A stretch of DNA of 63,708 nt, counting the filler, from Reticulomyxa filosa (Eukaryota > Protista > Foraminifera): the NCBI GenBank assembly GCA_000512085.1. It is 17 parts of 17 records of this genome, joined end to end, with 100 filler letters (N's around TTAATTAATTAA, not from the genome) between each part and the next. Parts side by side here need not be neighbours in the genome. Positions count along the whole stretch, not along the records: positions 41,704 to 51,284 come from ASPP01024393.1; positions 51,385 to 53,262 come from ASPP01022929.1; positions 53,363 to 62,404 come from ASPP01019684.1; positions 62,505 to 63,708 come from ASPP01012368.1; 13 more parts are not named here. The stretch is one strand, 5' to 3'. The translations under genes were made by a program, and so were the position numbers. This document shows positions 50,587 to 63,708 of this stretch, one piece after another (position 1 is the stretch's first letter; each line of letters starts with the position of its first letter). The notes beneath the pieces are model-generated. The model was not told where the DNA came from, ran no database searches, and saw nothing but the letters and a program-made list of their open reading frames with translations.

Positions 50587-53564
50587 AAATAATATATCAG
50601 ATCATTTTTTTAAAAATTTTTGAATTTAAAGATGTTTTTTTTTTTAAGAAATATGATATAATAATATCACATTGGCAAGTTGATTTAACATTTTAAGACT
50701 AAAATTAATTATTCATCATAGATATTTTTCAAAAAAAAAATAGATATGATATTGAATTTTAAATAAAGTAAACAATTTTTTTCTTTTACAATTTGAAAAT
50801 ATTTTTATTTGATCACAAATTATTAAAGTAAATTAATTGATTTTATTTCATTAATTTATTACAAAATCCATGTTGGTGTTACATAATATATTCAAGAAAT
50901 ATATTCAAATGTTTTATATGTCTTTTCGCTTCTATCAACGTCGACTACGTATTTGCATATGTATTGTGACTTTTGCTTTTTCTTGAAGATAGCAAGATTA
51001 TCATTAACATCTTTGAAATTTAATCAGTAATTCCACTGCTTCAACTATCGCAGGGGTCAATGGTTTGATTGCATTTGCAATTACTCGTTCTATCTAAGAT
51101 AAAATATCTGGTCGTTGCTACTTAATTTCTCAATGGTCAGTCTTTCGTTTCAAAGAGGCAGTACTGGACTATAGTAGATTGCAAAAAAAACTGTCATACC
51201 TAAATGGCACTATATGAAGAGAATCGATTTTCTCCATATTTTGTTGATTTTTTTTTGTTGCATTTGCTTAACTAGAGCTTAACANNNNNNNNNNNNNNNN
51301 NNNNNNNNNNNNNNNNNNNNNNNNNNNNTTAATTAATTAANNNNNNNNNNNNNNNNNNNNNNNNNNNNNNNNNNNNNNNNNNNNGATTTTTGTCTATTAT
51401 TTTATCATTCGATTAAAATGTAGGAGAAGCCTATTGAAAGCATAGCATTTGTAAAATAAAAATTTCTCAATGAATGAATATGTAGCATTGATTACAGTGA
51501 TTCGATAAATCACTTATTAATTCCAAATCGAATATTCCTGTATTTGTCAGTACATACAAAAAAAAAATTGTTCTAAGTTAAAAAAAAGTGTTATTCGTAA
51601 AAAAAAAAGTAGTCAATACCAACATGAAGATTGCAATAGTTGTCACTTGTCAAAGACGACCCAATCATATTTATCTCTGTTGCATTATTATCACTACATT
51701 TGATAAAGTGGCTGCTGGAGAATTATTTTGTGGATACAATACTTGTGCTTTCAATCAATATCATTTCATCTAAAGTGAAATTCTATTGTCCAAAACGCTT
51801 TGTGACAACTCAGACAGCTTTGATGCCAGTCAAAATTTGCTGGATTCGCTGTTGGCAGCATTGGAAAATGGTCGATCTCCTTTTGATCTGACTTTCCAAA
51901 AACTCAACTATCCAACTCACCAATATCATAGCAATACTTACTTGCTAACAGCACATCGTTGACTGTAGATTTTTTTCAGTGCATTCAAAGCTTTTATAAT
52001 CATTGTGTTCAATTTGCATCAGAAGTTATTCTGATTCCACGCGTTTATTGTTTAATTTCAAATAATGTCCTTTTTTTTTATTAAAAAAACAAAATTTACT
52101 AAATTAAATATATACACATACAAACATATATATGTATACGTGTACATAAAACACTTGCACATGATTTAATTAACCTTCAAATACAAATCTTGTCACGAGA
52201 AATGGTGTCTTTTTCGTAAGATGTGTGAATATTGCCACATTGTAGTCCATTTCTCATGAGCTGCCGTCCAACATGGTACACAGCATCAACTTGCAGCGAT
52301 ATAGTGCAATTTGCATCTCATGGCAAGTAAGATGACGACTATCGACCTCCTTGATCATTCTGCTTCATTTGGATAGCAGTAGATATAGAGCCATAGTGGT
52401 GATAATGAAATACTCCAAAGTCTTGGCAACTGATATTTGTGTTGTGTATTTCAATTGAAAAGTAAACACAAACAAAAAGAGTCGATAGGAGATCTTACCA
52501 GTAACACGTAATCGATATCTATGGAAAAGAGAAGGAGATGATAATAATCGCCATAGCTTCGCTTCTTTTTTTTCCACATTTGCTTCAGCACTCTTTGGCA
52601 TGTTGACTTCATCCAATGATTGTTCCGTTTTTTTTCTTCTTTCAAGTCGTGAGATAATTCTGAGTTGTCTTTGTTCTTTCTTGGAGAATAACAAAAAAGA
52701 AACGACGAAAGAAGATTTGTAAAGAGATCCATCAATTTCTCTGTGCAACATATGATAATGTCTTTTGATGATGTTCGATGATACAAGGGGGTTTTTTTTA
52801 CCTTCAAACACGAATAAATCCTTGTTTTCACTTTTCTTGAAGTAATTAGTCCTAAAAAATTGAATAAAGCAAAAAAAACAATCTCATTGACACTCCAAAA
52901 GTGATTGGAGTGGCAATGGAATTGTATGATTGTGCATTTCCAACTTTAGAAGGTATCTTAGTCATTGATTCATTAGAACGAGTTTTGTTTTCGAATTTTC
53001 TTTTTACAAAAATTATCATACAAAAATATTTTTTGCAATTCATGAAATAATTTGATACAGGATAAATAAGTGTATAAAAATTAAATAACAAATTGCACCT
53101 AATAGTATTTTTGTTACAACAAAAATTAAAACGAATTGTTGGTGAGGAACTTTTTCTCCCCTTTTTCTACAATTTTGCAACAAGTTCCGGTGTCCAGTGT
53201 TTGGTGAAAGTATCGTCAATATTCGTGTCTATTTCGTTTCGAAGAAGTTACACAAACAAGTTNNNNNNNNNNNNNNNNNNNNNNNNNNNNNNNNNNNNNN
53301 NNNNNNTTAATTAATTAANNNNNNNNNNNNNNNNNNNNNNNNNNNNNNNNNNNNNNNNNNNNATGTCATTCGCTCTTTCATTCAATTGCAGGATGAATGT
53401 TTGTTTTTTTGCAAAATGGCTTTTTTATTTGTTTCAAAAAAGATTGATTTATGTATTTGCAATAGTCTCGAAATTACAGAAAATTGAAAGCCAAGTTTGT
53501 ATGTGTAAATATATGTCGAAAAGTATTCCCTGCTATGTTATGTGAGTTGTGTGATTAGGACGAC

Positions 53565-56283
53565 ATGAAAGCGGTGACAGTCGAAAATGCAGAAATATAT
53601 TTGCTATACGCGTCAAAGTACGCACAATTATTGACAAAAAAGAACTTTGCACACAATGTATGGACGCATGTCATTGTCACAAATTATCTCACCTCTTTGG
53701 ACAGTCTCTTTCGTTTGGTGCAATCCTTTCAAACAACCCATCAAAACGACGTATGTATGCAGTCCTTGTATTCTTCTGTCTTTGTATTTTCTTATTTGCA
53801 CAGATATCCCTATGCACACAATGGAAATAAAAGATGGGAGCAAAGATATTACAACGCGAGTTGTTTTCCAATCGTAGTCGAATGCAACAGTTAATATCCT
53901 CTTCGACCAGTTCGTTTTATGCATTATCCGAGACGTCGATGAAATTGATATTGTCGAGTAATGAGCTGGACATCAGCGAAGAACAACTGTTTGACGGCGT
54001 GATGGAATGGAGTAAGCGCACTGTCGATCGTGAAAAAGCACACGCACGAGACAATCACAAGAACACAAATGAAGCCAAATCTTCCTTCGAATCTTGGAAA
54101 GAACACATACGTGGCGTATTGCCATTGATTCGATTTCCGATCATGGACAGCGATTACATCCTCAAAAATGTTCTCCCCAATCGCGACATGTTTGCTGACT
54201 CTCAACATCTTTTGTTCATTTTGTCCTTCCATTTGGGTCATGCCGATGCTACTTACCTCAAAGATCTTCCCTATTCCGCACAGCCTCGAAATGCAAATGT
54301 CACTCCCACAAATAGTATGTTTCAATATGTATATACAAATATTATATATGCATATACATGTATATGTACATATACATGTATATGCATATATACATATATA
54401 ATAGAGAATCAAACGCGTGAGGAGAAATTGCAAAGCGAAAATAAATCACTACGCAAAACAATATCCGAATTGACGACAAAAGTGAATCAATTGGAAATTC
54501 AAGCGAGAAGATCAGCGAGACCATCACAATCGAATATGTTTGGAGTCGACTCCGCAAACACCAATGTAAGAACGAGCAATATAAAAGTAAACAATGGCAA
54601 AACTCCATCAAACACTGCAGTTGTGTCCAATAAATTGACAACAAAACCAGAAAATGAAAGTGGCAAGAGAAATTCCAACCCTCCTGCTTCGTTGTCTCCA
54701 CTTCCACAAGCAGGGACCCATCGAAAGGACAATGAAACCTCTGCCACTACAATCGAGCATTCACTTGAAGATGCCGAACATCTTACTTCCTCTTCCGAAG
54801 ATGGAGAAGACGAAGACAAGAAGAAAAGAAAGTCCTTGCAAAAGGCTGTGTCTAGTGACAGCACTCAGAAAGAGAGGTCTCATCGAAAAGAAAAACAAGA
54901 ATTAGAAGAAGAGGACGAAAATGAGGAACAACATCCATCGGAAAAAGATGAATTGGATGAGGAAGATAATCTTTCACAAGGAGAGCAGCAGAAACAACAA
55001 GAAGGAGAGAAAAAACCTCCTCAACACTGGGGTCAGTTATCCGTTGCTGCTGATTCAGTGGATTCAATGGTGGAAGGAAATCAAGGAGCACAATTTGTTG
55101 TTGGCTTTCGAAAACTCAATAATTTTGATGAAGAAGAAAATGAAAAAGGTAACTCTCTTTCTTTCCTCTAAAAATAAACAACAATGATCATAAGTTGACA
55201 TTGTGTTAATCGAACAGCGGATAAAACATTTGAAGCTGTAAAGCAAAGTATGGAAGCAAGACTAAAGAAGTCGAAGAGCAAACCGGAGGATTACTCTGTT
55301 AACGATTAACAAGCTAACTCATTCATTTTTTTTTTTTAAGTCGTTATTATGTAAGAATGCACATTAAAATTAAAATAAAAAAACAGGGGGAAATTGCAAC
55401 ATTGGATGATACAGATCAAAAGAGTAGTACGAACTCCGTTTTAATGGGAACATCTCCCGGCTCAGCCAAAAAACCAAAAAAAGTATTAATCGACGTATCG
55501 ACATTGGAGACTCCATTATATAAAGGTGTATTAAGTGTAGGTGCCATCAAGTATAGCATATTAGAAGAACAAAAATTACAAGAATTAAATTTAGAAGTCA
55601 ATGATATAGTAATCATATCACAAGATCGTGTTGGAGTTGTACGATACATTGGCGAAGCACATTTCTTTTGGGGAACAGTAATTGGCCTTGAATTACAAAA
55701 AAATTCAAAAGGAAAGAATAGTGGACACATTGACGGAATCAAATATTTTGAATGCAAACCTTCAAAAGGGTTGTTTATCAAACCAATGGCCATTACAAAA
55801 GCAGAGAAACCAAAACAAAAAAAAACAATAAAAACTCCAAATCGCAGTAATAGTAATAGCAATACTAATAAATCTAAAAATCCTGAAGGAAGACGAAAAT
55901 CGGAAATGAGCACTCGTAAAGATAATGCCAATTTACTTAAAAGTTTGAATAGAGAACAAGACAAATTAATACCACGGGAATGGCCCGGAAAATTTAAACA
56001 AAAAGCAGAACAGGAAAGAATGGATCGTTTTGGAATTGATGTTGGAGATTGTGTTCAATTGAGCAAAGGAGAAAGAGCGGTCGTTATGTTCATTGGAGTA
56101 ACCAACAATAGTAAAGGATTAGTCCAATTTGGTATTGAATTATTGGACGGAGCATTAGGAAGTTGCTCTGGAGAAATCAATGGTGAAAGATATTTTGAAT
56201 GTGAGGAAAAAAGAGGAGAATTCATTTATAGTGACCGAATTAGGAAAAAAGTCGATTTTCTCAACGATTTGCCGGAATGGTAG
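53565..56283 (+). CDS. BACK (BTB-associated) domain + coiled coil + acidic linker + two CAP-Gly domains; 5' end probably missing
   Basis: BACK reads FYALSETSMKLILSSNELDISEEQLFDGVMEW...VLPLIRFPIM. CAP-Gly 1 reads GVVRYIG...IGLEL...GKNSGHIDGIKYFEC...GLF. CAP-Gly 2 reads VMFIG...FGIEL...GSCSGEINGERYFEC...GEF. An in-phase mini-exon at about 55218-55297 (ADKTFEAVKQSMEARLKKSKSKPEDYS) bridges the two parts. Confidence 0.82.
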
Positions 56284-56787
56284 AAAATCAAAAGCATTTG
56301 CAATTGTTGTAACTGCTTTTCATGTTTTTTTGTTTTTCATTGATTTTTGAGTCAATTTTGATAGGTAATGGAAGTCACTACTTTTTCATGTAAAAATATT
56401 TCAAATAAATGCTACAATTACTAAAAACGATTGAAAAGAATACATGTGCGTTTGTAAAAATTTCCTAATTTTAATTGTCATCTTTAATATTTTTTCAATT
56501 TGTTACTTCCAGTTATCAGCAAACAAGCGTTGTTTTCAATGCATTTGCAAAGAGAGCGCAATCCTTGTTTCTTAAAAAAAAAATTTACCAACATTGGCAA
56601 ACAGGAATTGCTTTTGGATTTTTGTTTATATTTATTTCGATATTCTTTGTGGATTGTTTAATATCTCAATAAATTATTAAGTTTGAGTAATGTAAATTTC
56701 AATAAAAATTAATGCTTTCATTTTGTTTTGAAATAATTAAAAAATAAAAATGTTGTTTGAAAAATATTCGATCATGAAAATGAAAAT

Positions 56788-59700
56788 TTAAGGACATAAT
56801 TGATGTAATCTCAACTCTTTATCTTCGAATTTAAGAAGCCATTCATTCCATTCTTTTTCATCGAACATATCAAAAAGTAAAGCCCATCCATGCAACCACA
56901 AAAGTTTGTTATGAGCACAATTGGCAATAGCATTGTCAAACATAGATTTCAGCCTTGTCACATGAATTTCAACAGTATTTTTGTCTTGTCTTTCAGCTAG
57001 CGCAGCTTTGCGACGGCGTTGGCGTTTTTGATATTCGTTCATGTTCGCCAAATCACTTGTTAAATTATTTTCCATCGATAATACCCTTTCATTTGTATTG
57101 TATTGCATATCAATATCAAACAAATATCTCAAAAATGATAAAAATAAACGCCACAATGCAACATTATGTCGACATTCGTTCAACAGCATTGCACCCATAA
57201 ATAAAGAAATAACTCCTTCATAATTTTGATATGCATTGATCATAGCAATTTGACAAAGCAAATAAAAAATCCATGTAATAGGAGTACTTTTGCGTTTTTT
57301 TGAGACAAATTTATTTGTATTTCGAACATCAGGAAGAATAGATTCCAGTAATTTTAATGCCTGTTGATAACTAAAACAATGTAATTGTGGTGCAAATTGT
57401 GCAACACAGGACAAAGGAAATAACAATTGTTGGGAAATTCAGAAACTGCCTTTGTGACCAAGTGACACAAATCATTTGGATTTAAATCATTTAAAAAATT
57501 ATCACAAAATTTCATTTTAATTTCAACAAAACGTGAAGTAATTTGTAGCATTTGATAATACCAATATTCTTTATCAAATGATCCTTTTAAATTTTTTTCA
57601 TAACAAAATATTTTATTTGTTGCTTCTCCAATGCTTTGTGTATTAGAAACTAACATCCATAAATAATAACATAGCAAAACATATACTGCTGGAGATCGTG
57701 AATTCCAACAATATATTTCATCATCACCATCACCACTATTGTCACTAACTGTCAAATTCCAAAATGATTGGTCATTAACATTTAAAATCAATTCATATTG
57801 GTGATAGATATTATTTGCAGTGTCACTATATCGAAATTCTGCATCAATAGTTTGAAATTGCAGCTTGGAAGCAGATGCTAATAATGGTAATACAACCTTT
57901 TGCCAGTGAACCCATTCATTTTGTTTATTACCACTGTTATCGATTTGTGGTAATAATTCAATACATAAATATTCCCAAAATAACATTGGTGCATATATAC
58001 GCTGTTCTTTATGAATATGAGGAAGCATACGTAAAGCATTGGCATATACTTTTTTAGCATCTTTAATATTTTGACATTTCAACAATAATTGTGCATAACA
58101 ATGGTATAATCGAGCATTACTACTATCTTTACCAAGTATTTCTTTTGCTACTGTCTTAGCCTTTGCTTCACCATAGCAATCATACAATAAATGAATTAAT
58201 GCACATTTTAAACGCAATGACATTTTCCAATTATTATTTCCAATACTGTTTAATTGACTGTGTAAATCATACCAATACCATAAGATATTCAACACAAAAT
58301 GTTTATTGTTACATTTGTGAGAATTATTATTATTTGATAATATTCCTTGTTTTGATTGAGCGAGGAATGAAGGAAATTCCAAATATTCTAAAAAATTTGT
58401 AAACACAAATTTTTGGATCGTTTTATGACATCCATTGTGAAAAGTGAGTTTTTCAAACCATGTTTTCATATGCTTCAAATAAACATTTGCATAAGATTCC
58501 CACCATTCCATTTGTAAATATAATACGTTCTCGTTGCTTTTTAAGTCCAGTTCACATAAATATTGTGACATTGTGAGTGGTTCCCATCCAATAATTCCTG
58601 ATAATTCCAAGCCAAATAATTTGTAAGACATTTGCATCAAAAACATTTCTAACCATCTATTGGCCGTGTCATTCGTATTGTCATCCACCAGATAAAAACA
58701 ATATGGCTTGACATCTTCAAAACATACAGTATTATCTAACCATCCTTCGTCAATTTCATCTTCATCTCCATCATCATTTGTATTTGTTTGGTTCAAATGC
58801 TTTTGTGTTTCTTCCATCCATTTAACTTGTTTCCATTGTTTGTATCTTTGACAATGTTCATTATCTAACCATTGATAATACATTTTGTTATCACCTTTTT
58901 TCAATTTGAAAAGTTTGTCATTCATTACTGAGAAGTAGTTCCATTGCAATGAAGATGAATCAATAGACGACTCTTTGATATTATTGACATTGCTAAATGA
59001 ACAAACCTGATCACACCAATGGCTCAATCCAATGGATTCCACTCCAGTCAAAGGTAGATTACCAATTTTAGCGAAGTGACAACTCCAATATAAATTTAAA
59101 TATTGTAACAAATTCATTGACTCCATTTGAAATATGACATTTTCTTTACTATTTGTATTTGTGTTCGTCTTTGTTTTCGTCCGTTGTCTCATAATATTCC
59201 ATTGTGAACCAACATTTAGTTCTAACATTGCAACGATCACTGCAAAACATCTTTCATGATATCCACTGTAATATTCCATTTGACAATACAGTAACAACAC
59301 TTTTAACATCCATTTAAACAAATTCTTATTCAATATGTTATTGTTTGGATTATTAGCAACAGTGATTGCAGTGGAAGTAGAGACAGGATTATGCACACAT
59401 TGTAACAAACATCTCAAAGCATCTCGAAAAATAACTCGCAATCGTGTCATTGTGAACCAATGATATCGATTGGTTAATTCGTGTTGAATGTAACAATACC
59501 ATAATTGTGGATTATTGGCATGACTTTCAATGCATTGTTCCCATTGCATTTCAATTTCATGACCGGGCAAATAATAATATCCAAGCATTAATTTATGCAA
59601 CAGTAATACATTATTATCATTGTTATATTCTAATGCCTTGTTCACTACACGCCATTGCGCACTCATGTCTTCATCCAATTGCTCCATGTAATGTAGCCAT

Positions 59701-60227
59701 GCGTCAATATTAAGGCATTCTTTTCGTGTCCATTCCTTGCATTTATCGATTTTCTTTTTTTTAATTTCCTTTTCTGTTCGATGCTCTTCATAAATTTTTG
59801 ATAAGGTTTGCCCATTTCCTATTTTCACATCTAATTCAATTGTGTCTTCGTTCAACTGTGCGTTAATTGTTTCTGGTTCTATGCATAATCGAGGACAGGC
59901 CGCTTTTAGAATTGCTCGTTGATAAGGTACCACTGTTTTTCTAATTTGTTTCGAAATGCGAACATAGAGTTGCTCTTCATTTGTGTTTCGAATGCTATCT
60001 GCTGCTGTTGGTAATATTGTTGATTCTATTGTCACTGTGGTTGTTCTTGTTGAATCACTTAGGTCGCACCACGTTAAGTTACCTAATTTGTCCATTAACA
60101 TAGGCTCGGCTTCATAATTTGTTACATCACCTGAATAAGGTTTCTTCAACTTCCAATTAGATTCTTCTCCATTCTTGTCGAAGGTATACAACACGTCATC
60201 ATTTTTTATGTCCCACGGTTGTTCCAT
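56788..60227 (-). CDS. NRDE2: NRDE2 (nuclear RNAi defective-2 / MTR4-binding HAT-repeat protein); one apparent frameshift near 57415
   Basis: YTFDKNGE...YSGDVTNY, NIDAWLHY, QLWYCYI, SGYHERCFAVIVAMLELN, YWSCHFAKIG, TVCFEDVKP, LYHCYAQLL...AKKVY and the C-terminal AIANCAHNKLLWL...EDKELRL are colinear with NRDE2 motifs. Confidence 0.85.
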
Positions 60228-60400
60228 GCTGGTCCTTTTTTTTGTGTGAACATTTAACGAAGGTGCTGAAAAGTTTTTACACGTTAAAAGTAAAATTTAC
60301 AATAGATACACAAAACAACACTCAAGATAATTTTTCAAATTTAGAGACACAAATTTCATAAAAAAGTTCAGTCCCTTAAAAAATAGTGATAATAGAAGAG

Positions 60401-61204
60401 ATGGAAGCAAAAGATAACAAAGAAACACAAGAAACCAACACACCAATGCAACATAGTTTGGTTTGGATATGTTTGGCAGGAATAGTAAGTTTGTGGCAGC
60501 GATTTCAACAAACACTGTCACCATGTGCTCGATGGGCGAACAGGTTTTTATTGCTTCACGTGTTGCTTTCAATATTGGAATTACATAAATACTTGGGTTT
60601 ATCAATAGATTCTGTGCTACTACATCACCAAATATGGCGTATCTTAACATGTGTATTGGTAGACACAACTATATTATATGCAATGATATCTTCAGTCATA
60701 TTTTGTGACCTAATCAATCGCTTGGAAACACACGTTGGGACTATTGAATGTTTGTACCTGATATCACTGCATCTAATAATATATTTAAGCTTGGTTGTCT
60801 TATCTATAGTACTTTTGTGGTGGTATTACCCAATTGCAATGTTGATTCCCAATGAATGGAGTGTAGGTTTGTATCCATTGATTATTGGTTTATTGACAAT
60901 TGAAGCTTATCTTTCACGGACTCCATACCAAATCTTTCCTTGGTTTTTTATTGCTCATCATAAACTTTACCTTGGCTTCCTTTATCATCCATTCATCTAT
61001 GCTCTATTTTATTCTATTTTTCTTCGTTTTGATGTTACTGTATGGTTGTCTATCGTCGCTGCCTTTCTTGTTCTTAAGCTCACTCCATCTAAACAAAAAT
61101 TATTTCAATGGGAACATTCAAAACACTTGGTTTGCTTCCTTCGAGAACTCCATTTTGTGCCTTTAGAGGAATCCTGGCTTTACTCTACAAATACTCAATA
61201 TTGA
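60401..61204 (+). CDS. Rhomboid-superfamily pseudoprotease (TMEM115/RHBDD2/Derlin-like)
   Basis: About 6 TM helices, QIWRILT (WR motif) and LETHVGT (ExxxG). The GxSG site reads SVGLYP and no catalytic His is evident. Confidence 0.7.
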   Translation: MEAKDNKETQETNTPMQHSLVWICLAGIVSLWQRFQQTLSPCARWANRFLLLHVLLSILELHKYLGLSIDSVLLHHQIWRILTCVLVDTTILYAMISSVIFCDLINRLETHVGTIECLYLISLHLIIYLSLVVLSIVLLWWYYPIAMLIPNEWSVGLYPLIIGLLTIEAYLSRTPYQIFPWFFIAHHKLYLGFLYHPFIYALFYSIFLRFDVTVWLSIVAAFLVLKLTPSKQKLFQWEHSKHLVCFLRELHFVPLEESWLYSTNTQY

Positions 61205-62615
61205 GTCTGGTTTTGTTGTCTACTAGGACAATTTCTTGCTTTTTTTACACTTTATGAATTTTTTCATAGTTCACATTCAAAAAAGCTAGTGCACGTTGGT
61301 GTTTTTTGAAATCATAACAATGACCTAACAATTATCAGTTTAAACTTTTTTCATGATAGAATAATTATAATTAGATCATAAAAAATAGTTGACAGAAATG
61401 TTTAATGTTAAACTGAACATTGGTTTAAACTTCTAATAACGAGTAAATTCAATATATAATTGCCGACAAATTCTCTGCAACTGCAGAGGAATAAGTACTT
61501 ACTATGCATGTCTTCATAGAAAAACAGACAACATTAGAAACAGAAAAAAATGAAAAATATAATTTTATTTTAAATATTTTTTGTTAAAATCAAAATAATG
61601 TAAAAAAAAAGAAATGTAATTCAAATGACAAGGTTATGTCCATTGAATCGATCTTTGCAATGTCAATTGTATCATTTGGAATTTCCTCTTATCAGTTGCA
61701 TCTTCCATTTATTCGATCAAATGGACTTCATCCTGCAGCAGACATAAGTGACGATTGAAAAAGTACAAAGAATTGTAATGTGTCGCTCTTGGTGACTGCT
61801 TATGACACAGTCAATGTTATTTCTCCTCTTGAAACGAAATCAAGAAGAGGTGAAGTTGTATCATGGGCTGGAAGAATGTAATTTGTTGAATTGACAAAAG
61901 AAAAATATTGTAAACCAGGCATCTCATTCAAACATGAATACAGTACTAAATAATACGTTACCAACAAATAACATTCAAGCTTTAAAATTTAAGCAATAAT
62001 TTTAATTTAAATTTGTTTAAAAACACATTATTTCTTTTGTGATCATCACAAAGCTGATTGCCTTGCCTCACCTCTGTGCAGCTCAGAAGGAATCCAAGAG
62101 TCCCTTTGGGACCACGCACACTCTACGAGACTTTGGCAAGTGGTGACGTCGTATGCTTCGAAGGTAATTAAAATAGATAAAATTCAACACTATCCACTTA
62201 CAAAATTGAATAAAACTATTGCAAACATAAAAATTGTTGAAGCATTTCAAGTAGTTGGTTTCCTGGACTTTTCTTTGAAACAATTCATTATTGGGGAAAA
62301 TAGATGTCAAAATCAAAATTCGTAATCGATACCAAGAGAAGGAATTTGTTTCTTCAAGACAATCTCAATTTAAATTACTTTTGATCTTTGTAAGTTTTGT
62401 GTTTNNNNNNNNNNNNNNNNNNNNNNNNNNNNNNNNNNNNNNNNNNNNTTAATTAATTAANNNNNNNNNNNNNNNNNNNNNNNNNNNNNNNNNNNNNNNN
62501 NNNNCAATCGAGCAAAAAAACCAAAAAAAAAAAAAAAAAAAGAAATGACCAGGCAATAAACAACTCAAAGAAAAAGAGCTTTTATTTTGAGTGAGCAAAG
62601 CAATAGTGAAGAAGT

Positions 62616-63005
62616 TTATTTGTATGTTTTGTAAGCGTGTTGCTGAAGAAGATTGTCATTGGTGTTGTGAGCCATAGTTTTGGCAAGCAAGTTGGTGCAA
62701 ATGAGATGCAGATGAGAATTGGTGACTTTGAAGGACATGGCATGTTGAATGAAGGAGTCTCCGTCCTCATCGTCATTTGGATTTAAGAAGATCCCACTGT
62801 CGGGGAATTGTTTTAAGTACATTAAGATGGCGTCATCCTCCAGCATCAATAAGTGATCTGTAAAGACAAATGAGCACAAGTGGATCAAAAAGCAGTTTAC
62901 ATTGTAGGTTACAAATAAACTCAACTTTTTGCACGAGATAAAATGGCCAAGCCAATTCGATGAAGAGCCTAATGAAATAGTTATTATTATTGTTTATAGT
63001 TAAAT

Positions 63006-63036
<31 letters not shown>

Positions 63037-63636
63037 CTTGAAACCATCGACCAAAAATAGATCAAAGACGCGAAAAGTGACAGTCAAGGGCAAAACGTAG
63101 GAAAACAGGGTCATGAACCACTCACTGGCAAAAGACTGAATGGTGATGCCATGGGTGCACAAATGTTCATACAAGCGAGGGATGTGCTTTTGCAACAAGT
63201 TTTCAAACTGGAGCAACGCGACGACACATCCAGGCAAAGACTTGGTGAACACATAGCGCAGTCCATATCCGTCTTGTCCATTTTTCGAAATTCTGCCCCC
63301 GCTGCAATGGCTGTGTGTGTATTTTCTGCGATTATCGTATCGGTCCACTTGGATGCGTGGAGAAGAGGAGGATGTCATCGTCGTTGTCATCGTCGTCGTC
63401 TCGGATAATGGATTGATCAAAGGCGTCCCTTTGGCGGTGTAGCCGCCTTTGCGCGGAGATAGCAGCTTCACATTTTGCAGAGGCGACTCATTCAACTTCA
63501 TCAGCTGACAAAACACCGCAAATGCATTTAGCTCGTCGCCGATTGCAAACACAACAGTCCCCGCGACAAAGTTCATACCCTGCACGTAGCCAACGTCTGG
63601 GTCTAGTAGTGAATATACTCCGAGGAGTGTTTGCAA
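62616..63636 (-). CDS. TBC-domain Rab GTPase-activating protein, 3' part
   Basis: YSLLDPDVGYVQGMNFVAG (YxQ glutamine finger), PRLYEHL and FASEWFMTLFSYVLPLTVTFRVFDLFLVDGFK|ALHRIGLAIL. Confidence 0.95.
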
Positions 63637-63708
63637 TTGTTTTTGCTATTGCATTTTATATTTCCATTTCCTTTGAACAAAATAAAATAAAATAAATAAA
63701 TAAATAAA

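Noticed and set aside
51385-53262. Short overlapping ORFs on this contig
   Set aside because: Coding-like patches are broken by stops in every frame and no family could be recognised; possibly a decayed gene, but not supportable.
10132-62504. Sixteen identical TTAATTAATTAA palindromes flanked by N runs, as a CRISPR-like array, telomere or chromosome-breakage signal
   Set aside because: The fixed 44+12+44 layout with six-frame stops is a contig concatenation linker. Gene neighbourhoods across these spacers were also disregarded.

Overview
This window is not one locus. It is 17 short eukaryotic contigs joined by 16 identical artificial 100-nt spacers (44 N + TTAATTAATTAA + 44 N), so adjacency across spacers is meaningless. 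The DNA is AT-rich with short GT-AG introns and homopolymer or microsatellite runs at many contig ends. The expanded WD40, Kelch-like and caspase-like families strongly resemble those of the foraminiferan Reticulomyxa filosa (inferred from recalled family motifs, no search run). Recognisable conserved genes are dynein light chain LC8, RACK1, BUD23, V-ATPase subunit a, importin-5, NRDE2, the C2CD3 N-terminus, a Sec14/CRAL-TRIO protein, a TBC Rab-GAP, an FMN-dependent quinone reductase and an inactive rhomboid-like protein. There are also two 7TM receptor-like genes, decayed LINE ORF1 relics and several deletion-collapsed pseudogenes. The best candidate for an undescribed system is a modular family in which a Kelch-like propeller, a symmetric phase-0 mini-exon helical motif, WD40 propellers and a PB1-like plus caspase-like module are shuffled into different architectures. 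Other unusual genes are BACK + 2x CAP-Gly, RING-TRAF + RanBD-like, and a divergent GNAT-like orphan. All exon structures were worked out by eye.
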